Assembly (NCBI GenBank): GCA_017525605.1
Contig: JAFXSM010000033.1
Coordinates: forward strand, 10,747 to 74,746
Reading direction: 5' to 3'
Length of the DNA: 64,000 bases
Origin: Treponema sp.
GTDB taxonomy: Bacteria > Spirochaetota > Spirochaetia > Treponematales > Treponemataceae
How positions within the stretch are numbered: the stretch's first letter is position 1; the number at the start of each line of letters is the position of its first letter. Shown in pieces: positions 18,568-27,320 of the stretch. The notes under the pieces are model-generated. The model saw nothing but the letters and a program-made list of their open reading frames with translations. It was not told the origin of the DNA and did no database searches. A program made the translations under genes and the position numbers.

Positions 18568-18893
18568 ATGCGGAGTATCGGAAAGGATATGTGTTTGTCC
18601 AAAATGTTTTCTCAGGAATAATCCGAGAAACTGATTCAGGGTATGAATTTTCATACGACGAGGAATATCTGAAATCAAAAAATCCACTGGCTGTCAGTCT
18701 GACTTTACCATTGCAGAAAGAACTGTTTGAAAGCAAGACTCTCTTTCCTTTTTTTGACGGACTAATTCCCGAAGGTTGGCTTTTAAATGTCGTTTCCAAA
18801 AACTGGAAAATTGACCGCCGTGATAGGTTCGGTCTTTTGCTCGCGGTTTGCAAAGATTCTGTCGGAGATGTTTCCGTAAGGGTATGCGTATGA
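18564..18893 (+). CDS. hipS: HipA N-terminal subdomain protein (HipS-like)
   Basis: Internal ATG at 18564 in ORF 18474..18893. The 109-aa product matches the HipA N-terminal coupling domain pattern (YEFSYDEEYL...LSLTLPL...FPFFDGLIPEGW...LLLAVCKDSVGDVSV). Confidence 0.8.
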   Translation: MNAEYRKGYVFVQNVFSGIIRETDSGYEFSYDEEYLKSKNPLAVSLTLPLQKELFESKTLFPFFDGLIPEGWLLNVVSKNWKIDRRDRFGLLLAVCKDSVGDVSVRVCV

Positions 18894-19864
18894 GCGGGGA
18901 GAAAAAAATCTGTCTTTATTGCCGAAAGGAAATCAGTTCGGAAAATCCGATTGAACTGAAAAATTTGTGGCATCCAAAATGCATTCAGAAATTTTTTGGA
19001 ACGGTAGATTTCCCTGAAATTTCAGTCACAAAAGAGCAGCTTGAAAATCTCGCATTGGAAACTGTATCAAAAGGATACACTGTTGCCGGCGTTCAGAAAA
19101 AACTCTCGCTGCATCTTTCTCAGGAAAAAAAATCTCGACTTACGATTGTCGGATATCCTGCAGGATTCATACTAAAACCGCAGACTGAGGAATTTGCTCA
19201 TCTGCCTGAAATGGAAAATCTTGTGATGAACATTGCGGCATCTGCCGGAATAAAGACCGTTCCGAATGCATTAGTCAGGCTTTATGACGGCTTTGCCTAC
19301 ATAACCAGAAGAATTGACAGGAAGGCTCTGAAAAGTGGCACAAAATTATTTGCTATGGAAGATTTCTGCCAGCTTTCGGAACGTCCTACGGAAGATAAAT
19401 ACAAATCATCGTATGAGAGATGTGCAAAAATAATAAGAACGTATTCTTCGAAACCAGGATTAGACATTGCCGAACTGTTTTACAGGCTTGTTTTCTGCTT
19501 TGCGACAGGAAATTCAGATATGCATCTGAAGAATTTTTCGCTGATTGAATCAGAGCCGAAATCAAGATGCTTCGAACTTTCCGCAGCCTACGACTTGCTT
19601 CCGGTGAATCTTGCAATGCCTGAAGATACGGAAGATTTCGCGCTTACAATGAACGGAAAAAAATCAAAAATAAAAAGGCATGATTTTCTGACGTTCGCTG
19701 ACACATGTAAAATTTCAGAATCAGCAGCAGAAAAGATAATTCATAAAATTATTTCGCTTGAAGGTATGTTCAAAAAACTTGTCACAGAATCATTTCTGTC
19801 AGAATCTGAAAAATCTGATTTCATAAAACTGATTGCAAGCAGAATGGAGAGGCTGAGGGAATAG
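18890..19864 (+). CDS. hipT: HipA-family serine/threonine kinase toxin lacking its own N-subdomain (HipT-like), with N-terminal CxxC...HxxC ribbon
   Basis: ATG at 18890 overlaps the hipS stop (ATGA). Gly-rich loop VAGVQKKLSL and catalytic GNSDMHLKNFSL. N-terminus CLYCRKE...WHPKCIQKFFG. Confidence 0.85.
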   Translation: MSGEKKICLYCRKEISSENPIELKNLWHPKCIQKFFGTVDFPEISVTKEQLENLALETVSKGYTVAGVQKKLSLHLSQEKKSRLTIVGYPAGFILKPQTEEFAHLPEMENLVMNIAASAGIKTVPNALVRLYDGFAYITRRIDRKALKSGTKLFAMEDFCQLSERPTEDKYKSSYERCAKIIRTYSSKPGLDIAELFYRLVFCFATGNSDMHLKNFSLIESEPKSRCFELSAAYDLLPVNLAMPEDTEDFALTMNGKKSKIKRHDFLTFADTCKISESAAEKIIHKIISLEGMFKKLVTESFLSESEKSDFIKLIASRMERLRE

Positions 19865-19954
19865 AAAGCTATTCCATGTGAAGCCCGAATGAGCCAACAA
19901 CACTCATCAGCACCATTCCTCTCTTTCATTGCACATAAAAAAACTTTTCTACCC

Positions 19955-19984
19955 ACAAAAACAGGCCGCACACGACGTGCGACC
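19955..19984 (-). terminator. intrinsic terminator of argG
   Basis: Minus sense GGTCGCAC-GTCGT-GTGCGGCC (8 bp, one G-U) followed by TGTTTTTGT. Confidence 0.65.
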
Positions 19985-20123
19985 ACACTTTGCAGAATCT
20001 TGTTTCCACTAAGCAGGACGTACAGGATGTACGTCCACACTTTAGCAGAACAGCGAAAGCTGTTCTGCGTAGTTTTATACGGCACGGATGCCATATAAAA
20101 CTACTTACTCTGTCGGGCGTTTC
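19955..20123 (-). repeat. Direct repeat B: native argG 3-prime end plus four-hairpin 3-prime UTR
   Basis: Partner of 18024-18194. It contains the real argG stop (20105-20107) and hairpins at 20069-20104, 20045-20068, 20016-20036 and 19964-19984. Confidence 0.9.
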
Positions 20124-21367
20124 TTCAAGTTCTTGCTTTCGGCAATCGCCCTGCCTTCGCCGACTTTCTGCTCCATCATGGCGCGGACTTTGAGCGGGAG
20201 ACCGAAGAGCGTGATGAAGCCCTGTGCGTCCTTGTGGTTGTAAAGTTCGCCAGTCGTGAACGAAGCGATGTCCTCGTTGTAGAGGCTGTACTTCGAGTCG
20301 CTTCCTGCAGCGCGAATCTGTCCCTTCACGAGTTTGACTTTCGTCCAGCCGGTCACGGTCTCCTGTGTGGAATCGACGAACGCCATCAGAGCGTCGTAGA
20401 GCGGAGTGAATACTTTTCCGTCGTAGATGAGCTCTGCCAAGCGCAATGAAACCTGCTGCTTGTAGTGGTATGTGTCGCGGTCAAGGCAGATGTGGTCCAT
20501 CATGCGGTGCGCGAAATAGAGGATTGCTCCGCCCGGTGTCTCGTAGACTCCGCGGCTCTTCATTCCGACGCAGCGGTTCTCGCAGATATCGACAAGACCG
20601 ACTCCGTTTCTTCCGCCGATTTTGTTGAGTTCTGTCATAAGCTCAAGGCCGTCCATCTTCTTTCCGTTCAAAGAGACCGGGATTCCCTTTTCCCATTCGA
20701 TTGTGACGTATTCGCCTTCGCCTGCGCTTTCAGGAACTGTCGTGTTCTTGAGCATGTGCGGGTAGTTCGGTTCATTTGATGTCTTCTCAAGTTCGAGACC
20801 TTCGTGGCTGATGTGCCAGATGTTCTCGTCGCGTGAGTAAGACTGGTCTTTCTTCATCGGAACTTCAAGACCTCTGTCTTCAAGGAATTTGATTTCTGCT
20901 TCGCGGCTGTCCATGTTCCACTTGTCGTCTCTCCATGCAGCGATTACGCGGAGGTCAGGGGCAAATGCCTTTATCGCAAGCTCGAAACGAACCTGGTCGT
21001 TGCCTTTTCCTGTTGCGCCGTGGCAGATTGCAGTTGCGCCTTCCTGCCTTGCGTATTCAACAAGGATTTTTCCGATGAGAGGGCGGGCAGTTGAAGTTCC
21101 GAGAAGATATTCGTCCTCGTAAACAGCGTTTGCCTTGAGTGCCGGCCAGATGTATTCTTCGATGTATTCTTTTCGTGCGTCAACAACGTAGCAAGCCGAT
21201 GCGCCTGTCTTGAGCGCGCGGCCTTTTATTGCTTCCCAGTCATCGCCCTGACCTACGTCGATGCAGACTGCGATTACGTCGTAATCGTAGTTTTCTTTGA
21301 GCCAAGGAATGATGACAGTTGTGTCCAATCCACCCGAATAAGCGAGAATAACTTTCTCTTTTGACAT
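20105..21367 (-). CDS. argG: argininosuccinate synthase
   Basis: 420 aa. AYSGGLDTT P-loop-like motif and full ArgG pattern. Confidence 0.97.
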   Translation of the reverse strand: MSKEKVILAYSGGLDTTVIIPWLKENYDYDVIAVCIDVGQGDDWEAIKGRALKTGASACYVVDARKEYIEEYIWPALKANAVYEDEYLLGTSTARPLIGKILVEYARQEGATAICHGATGKGNDQVRFELAIKAFAPDLRVIAAWRDDKWNMDSREAEIKFLEDRGLEVPMKKDQSYSRDENIWHISHEGLELEKTSNEPNYPHMLKNTTVPESAGEGEYVTIEWEKGIPVSLNGKKMDGLELMTELNKIGGRNGVGLVDICENRCVGMKSRGVYETPGGAILYFAHRMMDHICLDRDTYHYKQQVSLRLAELIYDGKVFTPLYDALMAFVDSTQETVTGWTKVKLVKGQIRAAGSDSKYSLYNEDIASFTTGELYNHKDAQGFITLFGLPLKVRAMMEQKVGEGRAIAESKNLKKRPTE

Positions 21368-21405
21368 TTGAAATGCCTCCTTGAAAATGATGAGCCTATT
21401 TTAAT

Positions 21406-22227
21406 TTATTTGATTCTTTTTTGATATAACGGATAGACCTTGTCTGAAATTTCCTTGAGGTTTTCGATTCTTGTTTCGTGTGAAGGGTGTGTGCTCATGA
21501 ATTCCGGTGTCGATGATTTTGAGAGGGCAGACATTTTCTCCCAGACTTTCACTGCCTCGTTCGGATCGTAGCCGGCGCGTGCCATGAGCTCCGTTCCCAT
21601 GTTGTCGGCTTCCGTTTCCTGCGAGCGCGAATATTTGAGCGAAAGTGCCTCTGCCGCAAGGTTGACGACAGTCTGCTCCGCCGAGTTCAGCCCGAAAAGT
21701 TCAGACACGGCCGCCGTTCCGACGTTCTTGAGCTTTGCCCTGCTGACCTGCTCCCTTGAGTGTTCCCGGAGCGCGTGCGAAATCTCGTGCCCGATTACTG
21801 CCGCAAGCTGCGCGTCCGTGAGCTTGAGCGAGTCGATTATTCCAGTGTACACGACGATTTTTCCGCCTGCCATGCACCATGCGTTCACTGTGCTTTCGGA
21901 AATCACGTTCACCTGCCAGTTCCAGTCAACTGCGTCCGCCCTGAAATTCGGTGTCTGTTTGATGAGGTTCTCCGCGATTTTCTTGACGCGCGCTGTCGTT
22001 TTTGCGTCCTTGTTCAGTTTTCCCTCGGATTTTGCCTTCGCGATAATCTGTGCGTAAGACTGGTTCGCGCTTTGTACCATCTGCTCCGAAGAGACTGTCA
22101 TCAGCTGCTTCCTGTCCGCGCCGACTTCGCCGCTTTTCGTCGTCGTTGTGTATTTGACTCCGATGAATGCCGTCGCCAATGCGATGATTACCGGAATCAA
22201 TCTTCCTTTTCTGAATCCTTTTGCCAT
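21406..22227 (-). CDS. M48-family zinc metallopeptidase (membrane-anchored or secreted)
   Basis: 273 aa. HEISHALREH (HExxH) and a downstream E of the M48 pattern. N-terminal hydrophobic segment. Confidence 0.85.
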   Translation of the reverse strand: MAKGFRKGRLIPVIIALATAFIGVKYTTTTKSGEVGADRKQLMTVSSEQMVQSANQSYAQIIAKAKSEGKLNKDAKTTARVKKIAENLIKQTPNFRADAVDWNWQVNVISESTVNAWCMAGGKIVVYTGIIDSLKLTDAQLAAVIGHEISHALREHSREQVSRAKLKNVGTAAVSELFGLNSAEQTVVNLAAEALSLKYSRSQETEADNMGTELMARAGYDPNEAVKVWEKMSALSKSSTPEFMSTHPSHETRIENLKEISDKVYPLYQKRIK

Positions 22228-22263
22228 TTTTCGTTCTCCTTAAATCAAAACAATCAAAACAAA

Positions 22264-23277
22264 TTATAAATCCCCGACCGTCGCCCTGAATGTAAGCATT
22301 CCGACATAGAAATGAATCCAGTCAATCGGCTCGATGTTGTATTTGAGTGTCGGATGATGATTTGCAATCTGTGAGCGGATTTCAGGCGGGAATTTCATCC
22401 GCTGCTTTTTTTCTTTCTGCTGAAGCTTCATCAGCTTCTTCTCGCGCTTGCTGAGCTTTGCGGGGACGTAATTCGAATAGTCGTCCGTCGTTTCCGCGAT
22501 TTTCTTGTGCTCAAGCTCTTCCTGCGTCTCCTTTTTTATGCCGAATTTTTTGAGCTGCTCCGGCTTCAGAAAAGAGGCGAATGCGGAAGAGAAACTCTTG
22601 TGCAGCTCTTTTTCTTCCTGCTTTTCCTGCTCCGCCATTGCGACGTAGCTTTCGTTGAGCATGTGGAACTGCGGGCTGAATTTCTTGCAGGTGCAGAGTT
22701 TGCTTAAGATTACAGCCGTGTTGAACGCGTCGTCGATTGCGGAATGTTCTTTTCCTGCAAATGCTTCGTGGCAGTATTGGACAGCCGTGCCGAGCGCGAT
22801 TGATGAGTGCGTCCCCAGAACTTCGCCGAACGTCCTCTGCAAATCGACGAAAGTTTCGAGATTCTTGAAAAGGTCGTCGCGCTCCTTTGCCTTCACGGAA
22901 AGCTCGTCCCGAAGCTGCGTGTGGTCCATGAAACTCCAGCAGTACGTCACGAATTTCTCGCCGCCGGTCTTTTTCTCAATCCATTCGACATACGCCGAGA
23001 ACGCCGTTTCAAAATCCGTCGCGTTCTCGACATCTTCGTCGTCGATTCCCGTAAGGCCGTTGATGAATTCGCTTATCCTGCTGAATTTCGGCTTCACGAA
23101 CATGCAGAATTTATCGATGAGCTTGAAATTTTCGTCCAGAATCACAGCCCCGATTTGAATGACCTCTCTTTTTAGGCAAATCATTCCCATTTCGCTAGGA
23201 GTCAGTTCGCTCATCTCAAGGTCGAGGCAGACGTGGAATTTTATTCTTTGTACAGAATCCGAGCCTTCCGTAATCAT
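22264..23277 (-). CDS. DEDDh 3-prime-5-prime exonuclease domain protein (ERI-1/KapD-like) with Lys/Glu-rich C-terminal extension
   Basis: 337 aa. LDLEM, WSFMDHTQL and HSAIDDA motifs. Overlaps apt by 4 nt. Confidence 0.8.
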   Translation of the reverse strand: MITEGSDSVQRIKFHVCLDLEMSELTPSEMGMICLKREVIQIGAVILDENFKLIDKFCMFVKPKFSRISEFINGLTGIDDEDVENATDFETAFSAYVEWIEKKTGGEKFVTYCWSFMDHTQLRDELSVKAKERDDLFKNLETFVDLQRTFGEVLGTHSSIALGTAVQYCHEAFAGKEHSAIDDAFNTAVILSKLCTCKKFSPQFHMLNESYVAMAEQEKQEEKELHKSFSSAFASFLKPEQLKKFGIKKETQEELEHKKIAETTDDYSNYVPAKLSKREKKLMKLQQKEKKQRMKFPPEIRSQIANHHPTLKYNIEPIDWIHFYVGMLTFRATVGDL

Positions 23278-23819
23278 GCTCCGTGAAAATCGATGAGGGT
23301 GGTCACATTCACTGGTGCGAGTGCTTCTTTGTATTTTAGGTCAGGCAGTCCGATTATTCCGAAAACTTCCGTTGCGCATGCTCCGCCCATTTCCAGAAGC
23401 TGCATTCCTGCCTTGAGCGTTCCGCCTGTCGCGATGAGGTCGTCGATGAGGAGGAATTTCTGGCCCGCCTTTATGTCAGCCTTGTGGATTTCGATTTCCG
23501 CCGAGCCGTATTCGAGGTCGTAGGAAGCCCTGTAAACGTCGCCCGGAAGTTTTCCCTTCTTTCTGATGAGGACGAGCGGAATTTCAAGTTTTTCTGCAAG
23601 CGGGGCTGCAAAGAGAAATCCGCGTGACTCGACAGATGCAATCGCATCGATTTTTCCTTCTTCGAGCTTTGCCTTGTAGATTTCGTACATTCTGTCCAAA
23701 CACCATTTGAATGCTTTCGGATTTGTCAGAACGCTTGTGATGTCGTAGAAAAGAATTCCCTTCTTCGGAAAATCGTTGACTCTGCGTATAGCTTCGTCCA
23801 GAATTTTGTTGTCAGTCAT
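23274..23819 (-). CDS. apt: adenine phosphoribosyltransferase
   Basis: 181 aa. FPKKGILFYDITSVL and PRPP motif FLLIDDLIATGGT. Confidence 0.95.
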   Translation of the reverse strand: MTDNKILDEAIRRVNDFPKKGILFYDITSVLTNPKAFKWCLDRMYEIYKAKLEEGKIDAIASVESRGFLFAAPLAEKLEIPLVLIRKKGKLPGDVYRASYDLEYGSAEIEIHKADIKAGQKFLLIDDLIATGGTLKAGMQLLEMGGACATEVFGIIGLPDLKYKEALAPVNVTTLIDFHGA

Positions 23820-23838
23820 TTGAAACTCCTGTTTTCTT

Positions 23839-24735
23839 CTATTTATTTATAGTCCTTATGCTGCCCATTGCAAGGCGTTTTTCCCTTGTGTCTTCAAGTA
23901 TCGCTTTCAGGCTTTCGGAATCCTCGTTCGCAATCGCTGTCTTGAATCTTTCAATCTGCTTTTCGAACGACTCGATGTGCGCCACGAGCTTTTCCTTGTT
24001 CGAGATGAAAAGCTCCGTCCACAACGGCGCGTTTATCAGCGCGATTCTCGTCAAATCCTCGAAGCTTCCGCCACCGAATGCCGTTATCTCCGGGTCTTCC
24101 GCGCTTTCGACGAGCGCAGACGCGATTACGTGGCACAGCTGGCTCGTGAACCCGATTTTGTAGTCGTGAATGTCCGTCGTCGTCTCAGTTATGCGCGTGA
24201 ATCCGATTGACGCGATGAATTCCCTCATCAAATCGAGGTTTTCTTTTTTGTTGAATTTCTGCTCGCAGAGAATGTAATTGTGGTTCACGAAAAATTCCGC
24301 TTTCGAATTCGCGTATCCTTCTTTTTCTCCGCCCGCCATCGGATGCCCTATGATGAAATCCACGTCGTTCCTTAGAATCTCTGGCAGTTCCTTTTCGAAA
24401 ATGCCTTTCACGCCCGAAATGTCGGTGACGATTGCGCCCGATTTGAAAAATTCCTTGTTCGTTTTCAGAAAATCGAGCGTCGCGTGAGGGTAGAGGCAGA
24501 TGAAAAGAACGTCGCATTTCGGAAGCATCTCCTGCACTCTGTCGCTGGTGTATGTCTCGTCGGCGATTCCTTCCGAAACTGCCTGGCTGAGGCACGCCGT
24601 GCTTCTGTTGCAGACGAGAATCTTTCCCGTCGAACCGTTCTGGCTCAATATGTTCAGGCGGATTGCCTTCGCGAATGAACCGCCCATTATTCCCAATCCG
24701 ACGATTCCGTAGTTAAGTGATTTCAGACTTTTCAT
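23839..24735 (-). CDS. tyrA: prephenate dehydrogenase
   Basis: ORF 23839..24798. I prefer the ATG at 24735, which places the Rossmann motif GIVGLGIMGGS near the N-terminus. HPMAG motif present. Confidence 0.85.
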   Translation of the reverse strand: MKSLKSLNYGIVGLGIMGGSFAKAIRLNILSQNGSTGKILVCNRSTACLSQAVSEGIADETYTSDRVQEMLPKCDVLFICLYPHATLDFLKTNKEFFKSGAIVTDISGVKGIFEKELPEILRNDVDFIIGHPMAGGEKEGYANSKAEFFVNHNYILCEQKFNKKENLDLMREFIASIGFTRITETTTDIHDYKIGFTSQLCHVIASALVESAEDPEITAFGGGSFEDLTRIALINAPLWTELFISNKEKLVAHIESFEKQIERFKTAIANEDSESLKAILEDTREKRLAMGSIRTINK

Positions 24736-24918
24736 TTCAAACCCTTCCGTTAACGTAAAATTCACCTGCTCGATATCCCAAAAGTCGAACTTGTCCATTC
24801 TATACGAAAACGCTCATCTTTGATATAACACGCGACATTTTTAGGTCATAACCAGGGCATAAATCGGAAGCGCAGAAAAAATAGCAGAAAACTTCAATTA
24901 TCGAACTTTTTTATTACA

Positions 24919-24947
24919 TTGAACAAACTCGCTGATTGACCTATCAT
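24919..24947 (+). promoter_or_regulatory. candidate sigma-70 promoter of eda
   Basis: TTGAAC-N17-TATCAT. Confidence 0.4.
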
Positions 24948-24987
24948 AACCGATACTATTTAGCAATATTTTTAAGGAGTCTTAGAA

Positions 24988-25959
24988 ATGGCAAAAGACA
25001 TTTATGACACATTCCGTGACATCGGTATCATTCCTGTTGTCGCAATTGAAGATGCTTCAAAGGCAGCTGATTTGGCACACGCACTCGTAAAAGGCGGACT
25101 TCCAGCTTCGGAAGTTACATTCCGCACTGCTTGCGCTGCAGAAGCTATCGAGGCCATGATAAAGGCTGAACCTGATATGCTCGTCGGTGCTGGTACTGTT
25201 TTGAACGTTGAGCAGGCTGAGAAAGCTGTAAAGGCAGGTGCAAAATTCATCGTTTCTCCTGGATATAACCCTGACGTTGTTGACTGGTGCTTGAAGAACA
25301 ATGTTCCTACAATGCCTGGAATCTCAAATCCTTCTGAAATCACTGCTTGTATCAACAAGGGCGTTACGCACCTCAAGTTGTTCCCAGCAGAGCGCAAGGG
25401 CGGATACAAAATCATCGACGACTTCGGTGGCCCGTTCCCGCAGTGCACATTCATGCCTACAGGCGGCGTTACGACTGAGAACGTCGGCGAGTATGCAAAG
25501 CGCAAGAACATCCTCTGCATGGGCGGAACATGGATGGTCAAGAAGCCTCTCATCGAAGGCTGCAAATGGGACGAAATCACACAGATTTGTAAGGACGCTG
25601 TAAAAGCAATGCACAGCTTCCACATCGACCATATGGGAATCAACGCAAAGAACGAGGAAGAGGCGAAGGAAATTGCAAAGCAGTTCGAGCTTTTCGGATT
25701 CGCTTCGAAATTCGGCAACTCTTCAATCTTCGCTTCAGAGCAGGTTGAAATCATGAAAGAGAACGGTCGCGGAACACACGGCCACATCTCTATGGTCTGC
25801 AACAACGTCGAGCGCGCTCTCGCATTCTTGGAGCCATACGGATTCAAGCCGGTCATGGAGACAGCAAAGTGGATGGGCAAAGAGAACGCTTCTCCGCTCA
25901 AGGTTGTTTACCTCGACAAAGAGGTCGGCGGATTCGCAATCCACTTGAAGAGAGCCTAG
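24988..25959 (+). CDS. eda: KDPG/KHG aldolase fused to a C-terminal VOC (glyoxalase-like) domain
   Basis: 323 aa. The first ~205 aa match Eda (EVTFRT, GAGTVLN, LKLFPA Schiff-base Lys, PTGGV). The last ~110 aa have a VOC-like pattern (HIDHMGINAKN...GHISMVCNNVERA...GGFAIHL). Confidence 0.85.
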   Translation: MAKDIYDTFRDIGIIPVVAIEDASKAADLAHALVKGGLPASEVTFRTACAAEAIEAMIKAEPDMLVGAGTVLNVEQAEKAVKAGAKFIVSPGYNPDVVDWCLKNNVPTMPGISNPSEITACINKGVTHLKLFPAERKGGYKIIDDFGGPFPQCTFMPTGGVTTENVGEYAKRKNILCMGGTWMVKKPLIEGCKWDEITQICKDAVKAMHSFHIDHMGINAKNEEEAKEIAKQFELFGFASKFGNSSIFASEQVEIMKENGRGTHGHISMVCNNVERALAFLEPYGFKPVMETAKWMGKENASPLKVVYLDKEVGGFAIHLKRA

Positions 25960-26030
25960 TCGCTCTTAGGCATTTTCTTTAGTTCCATGCATTTTGTGGA
26001 ACGAGCGCAATGCAAGAAAAATGCAATGAA

Positions 26031-26085
26031 AAACGGGATTTTAAGAAATGTTTTTCTTGGAATCCCGTTTTTTTATGTTTTCGTC
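26031..26085 (+). terminator. intrinsic terminator after eda
   Basis: AAACGGGATT...AATCCCGTTT followed by TTTTATG. Confidence 0.7.
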
Positions 26086-26109
26086 GACTTTTATCGAAAT
26101 AATTTTGAA

Positions 26110-26826
26110 ATGACCTTTTCTAAATCATTCTTTTTGTTTTTCACGTTTGCCGCTTTGTTTTTTGCTGCTCCTGTTTTTGCAGAGGAACAATCGGATTCTG
26201 ATATTCATGAAGATGTTCAAGAAACTGAGAATTCGGATTTTTCAAAAAATGAAAATTCTGATTCTGAGTGTTCTGATTCCGAACAGACTGAGGAAGGGAT
26301 AAAGAAAACGGATATTTCATTTGATTTCGGCGTTTTAAGCGATGCCATAAAGCACAACGGTTTCGGTTTCGGAGTAAATGGCGAATATCTTTTTACCAGA
26401 TTCTTTTCGGTTTACGGCGGTTTCAGCCATTCCGCGCTTTTCTCCGAATCGAAAGATGCCGTTTACACGACGGAGACCGTCAGCCTGAATCTTTATTGCT
26501 ATCCGTTCGGGCGCGGGTTGAACAAATATCTTTATTTCGGCGGCGGAAGTTCTACGGAATTCATTCAGCTTACCGGAGAAGATTTCAACGAGGAGAACGG
26601 GCGGAAATCTGCGATATTCATCCAATCAAAAATCGGCTGGCGGCAACCGCTGAACAAATATATCGGTCTTGAAGGCTTCGTCGGCTACAAAGAGCTTCTG
26701 TACTCGATTGATTTGCCGAAAGAGTGCGAGCACCTCGTTGACCACGGATTCTTCTTCGGTCTTGAAGTGCATATCAACTTTGCCAACATCTACAAGGCGA
26801 TGAAAAAGCATTTTCGGAAAGAGTGA
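26110..26826 (+). CDS. secreted hypothetical protein, possibly an outer-membrane beta-barrel
   Basis: ORF 25987..26826, but the eda terminator lies inside its 5-prime part, so the ATG at 26110 is used (MTFSKSFFLFFTFAALFFAAPVFA signal peptide). It has an acidic linker followed by an aromatic/Gly-rich alternating sequence. Confidence 0.6.
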   Translation: MTFSKSFFLFFTFAALFFAAPVFAEEQSDSDIHEDVQETENSDFSKNENSDSECSDSEQTEEGIKKTDISFDFGVLSDAIKHNGFGFGVNGEYLFTRFFSVYGGFSHSALFSESKDAVYTTETVSLNLYCYPFGRGLNKYLYFGGGSSTEFIQLTGEDFNEENGRKSAIFIQSKIGWRQPLNKYIGLEGFVGYKELLYSIDLPKECEHLVDHGFFFGLEVHINFANIYKAMKKHFRKE

Positions 26827-26831
26827 GGATT

Positions 26832-27152
26832 TCAAATAGAAGCGCAGACTTCCGTTATCTCTTTGAGAATCCGCGCTGACAATTCCTCTTGCAGTGTTCT
26901 TCCGTATTTTTCGCTGAATTTTTCTTTCAGGCATTCAGGGCAACAATCTTCATCAAATAAAATTCTCGGCGATATGTTCAGTGCTTCCGCAATCTTGTCA
27001 ATCGTCTCCGCGCTCGGAAAACGCTCCCTTGCTTCCATGTCCCCTATATATGCGGTGCTCATTCCGATTGCCTCCGCGAGTTTTTCCTGTGTGAGTCCCG
27101 CTTTCTTTCTGTAAAACTTCAAATTCTTTATGAAAATCTGTCTAACGCCCAT
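26832..27152 (-). CDS. XRE-family HTH transcriptional regulator
   Basis: 106 aa. LTQEKLAEAIGMSTAYIGDMEARERFPS. Confidence 0.85.
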   Translation of the reverse strand: MGVRQIFIKNLKFYRKKAGLTQEKLAEAIGMSTAYIGDMEARERFPSAETIDKIAEALNISPRILFDEDCCPECLKEKFSEKYGRTLQEELSARILKEITEVCASI

Positions 27153-27216
27153 AAACTAATTTTCTAAAGATTCATTTTTAAATTTTATCATCTAAAACAC
27201 AGAAAAATAAAATTTG

Positions 27217-27245
27217 TTGCAAAATTCTGTTTTTCAGTTGATACT
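27217..27245 (+). promoter_or_regulatory. candidate sigma-70 promoter of the 27321 gene
   Basis: TTGCAA-N17-GATACT. Confidence 0.4.
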
Positions 27246-27320
27246 TAATTTAGAGTGAATTGAATCAGAAGCTGAACTTAAAAATAAGGTTCAGATATAC
27301 AGTTCGCTAAGGAGTTTTTT

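Noticed and set aside
25957-26109. The eda TAG stop and ORF 25987..26826 are in the same frame, which could suggest a third amber read-through case.
   Set aside because: The intervening sequence contains a clear hairpin and T-run terminator (26031-26085). The downstream protein has its own signal peptide starting at 26110. The shared frame is a one-in-three coincidence.
27186-27200. The 13-mer ATCATCTAAAACA is shared between 27186-27200 and 28815-28830, both upstream of genes.
   Set aside because: A single 13-nt match within 64 kb of AT-rich intergenic DNA is within chance expectation, and there is no dyad symmetry or flanking conservation.
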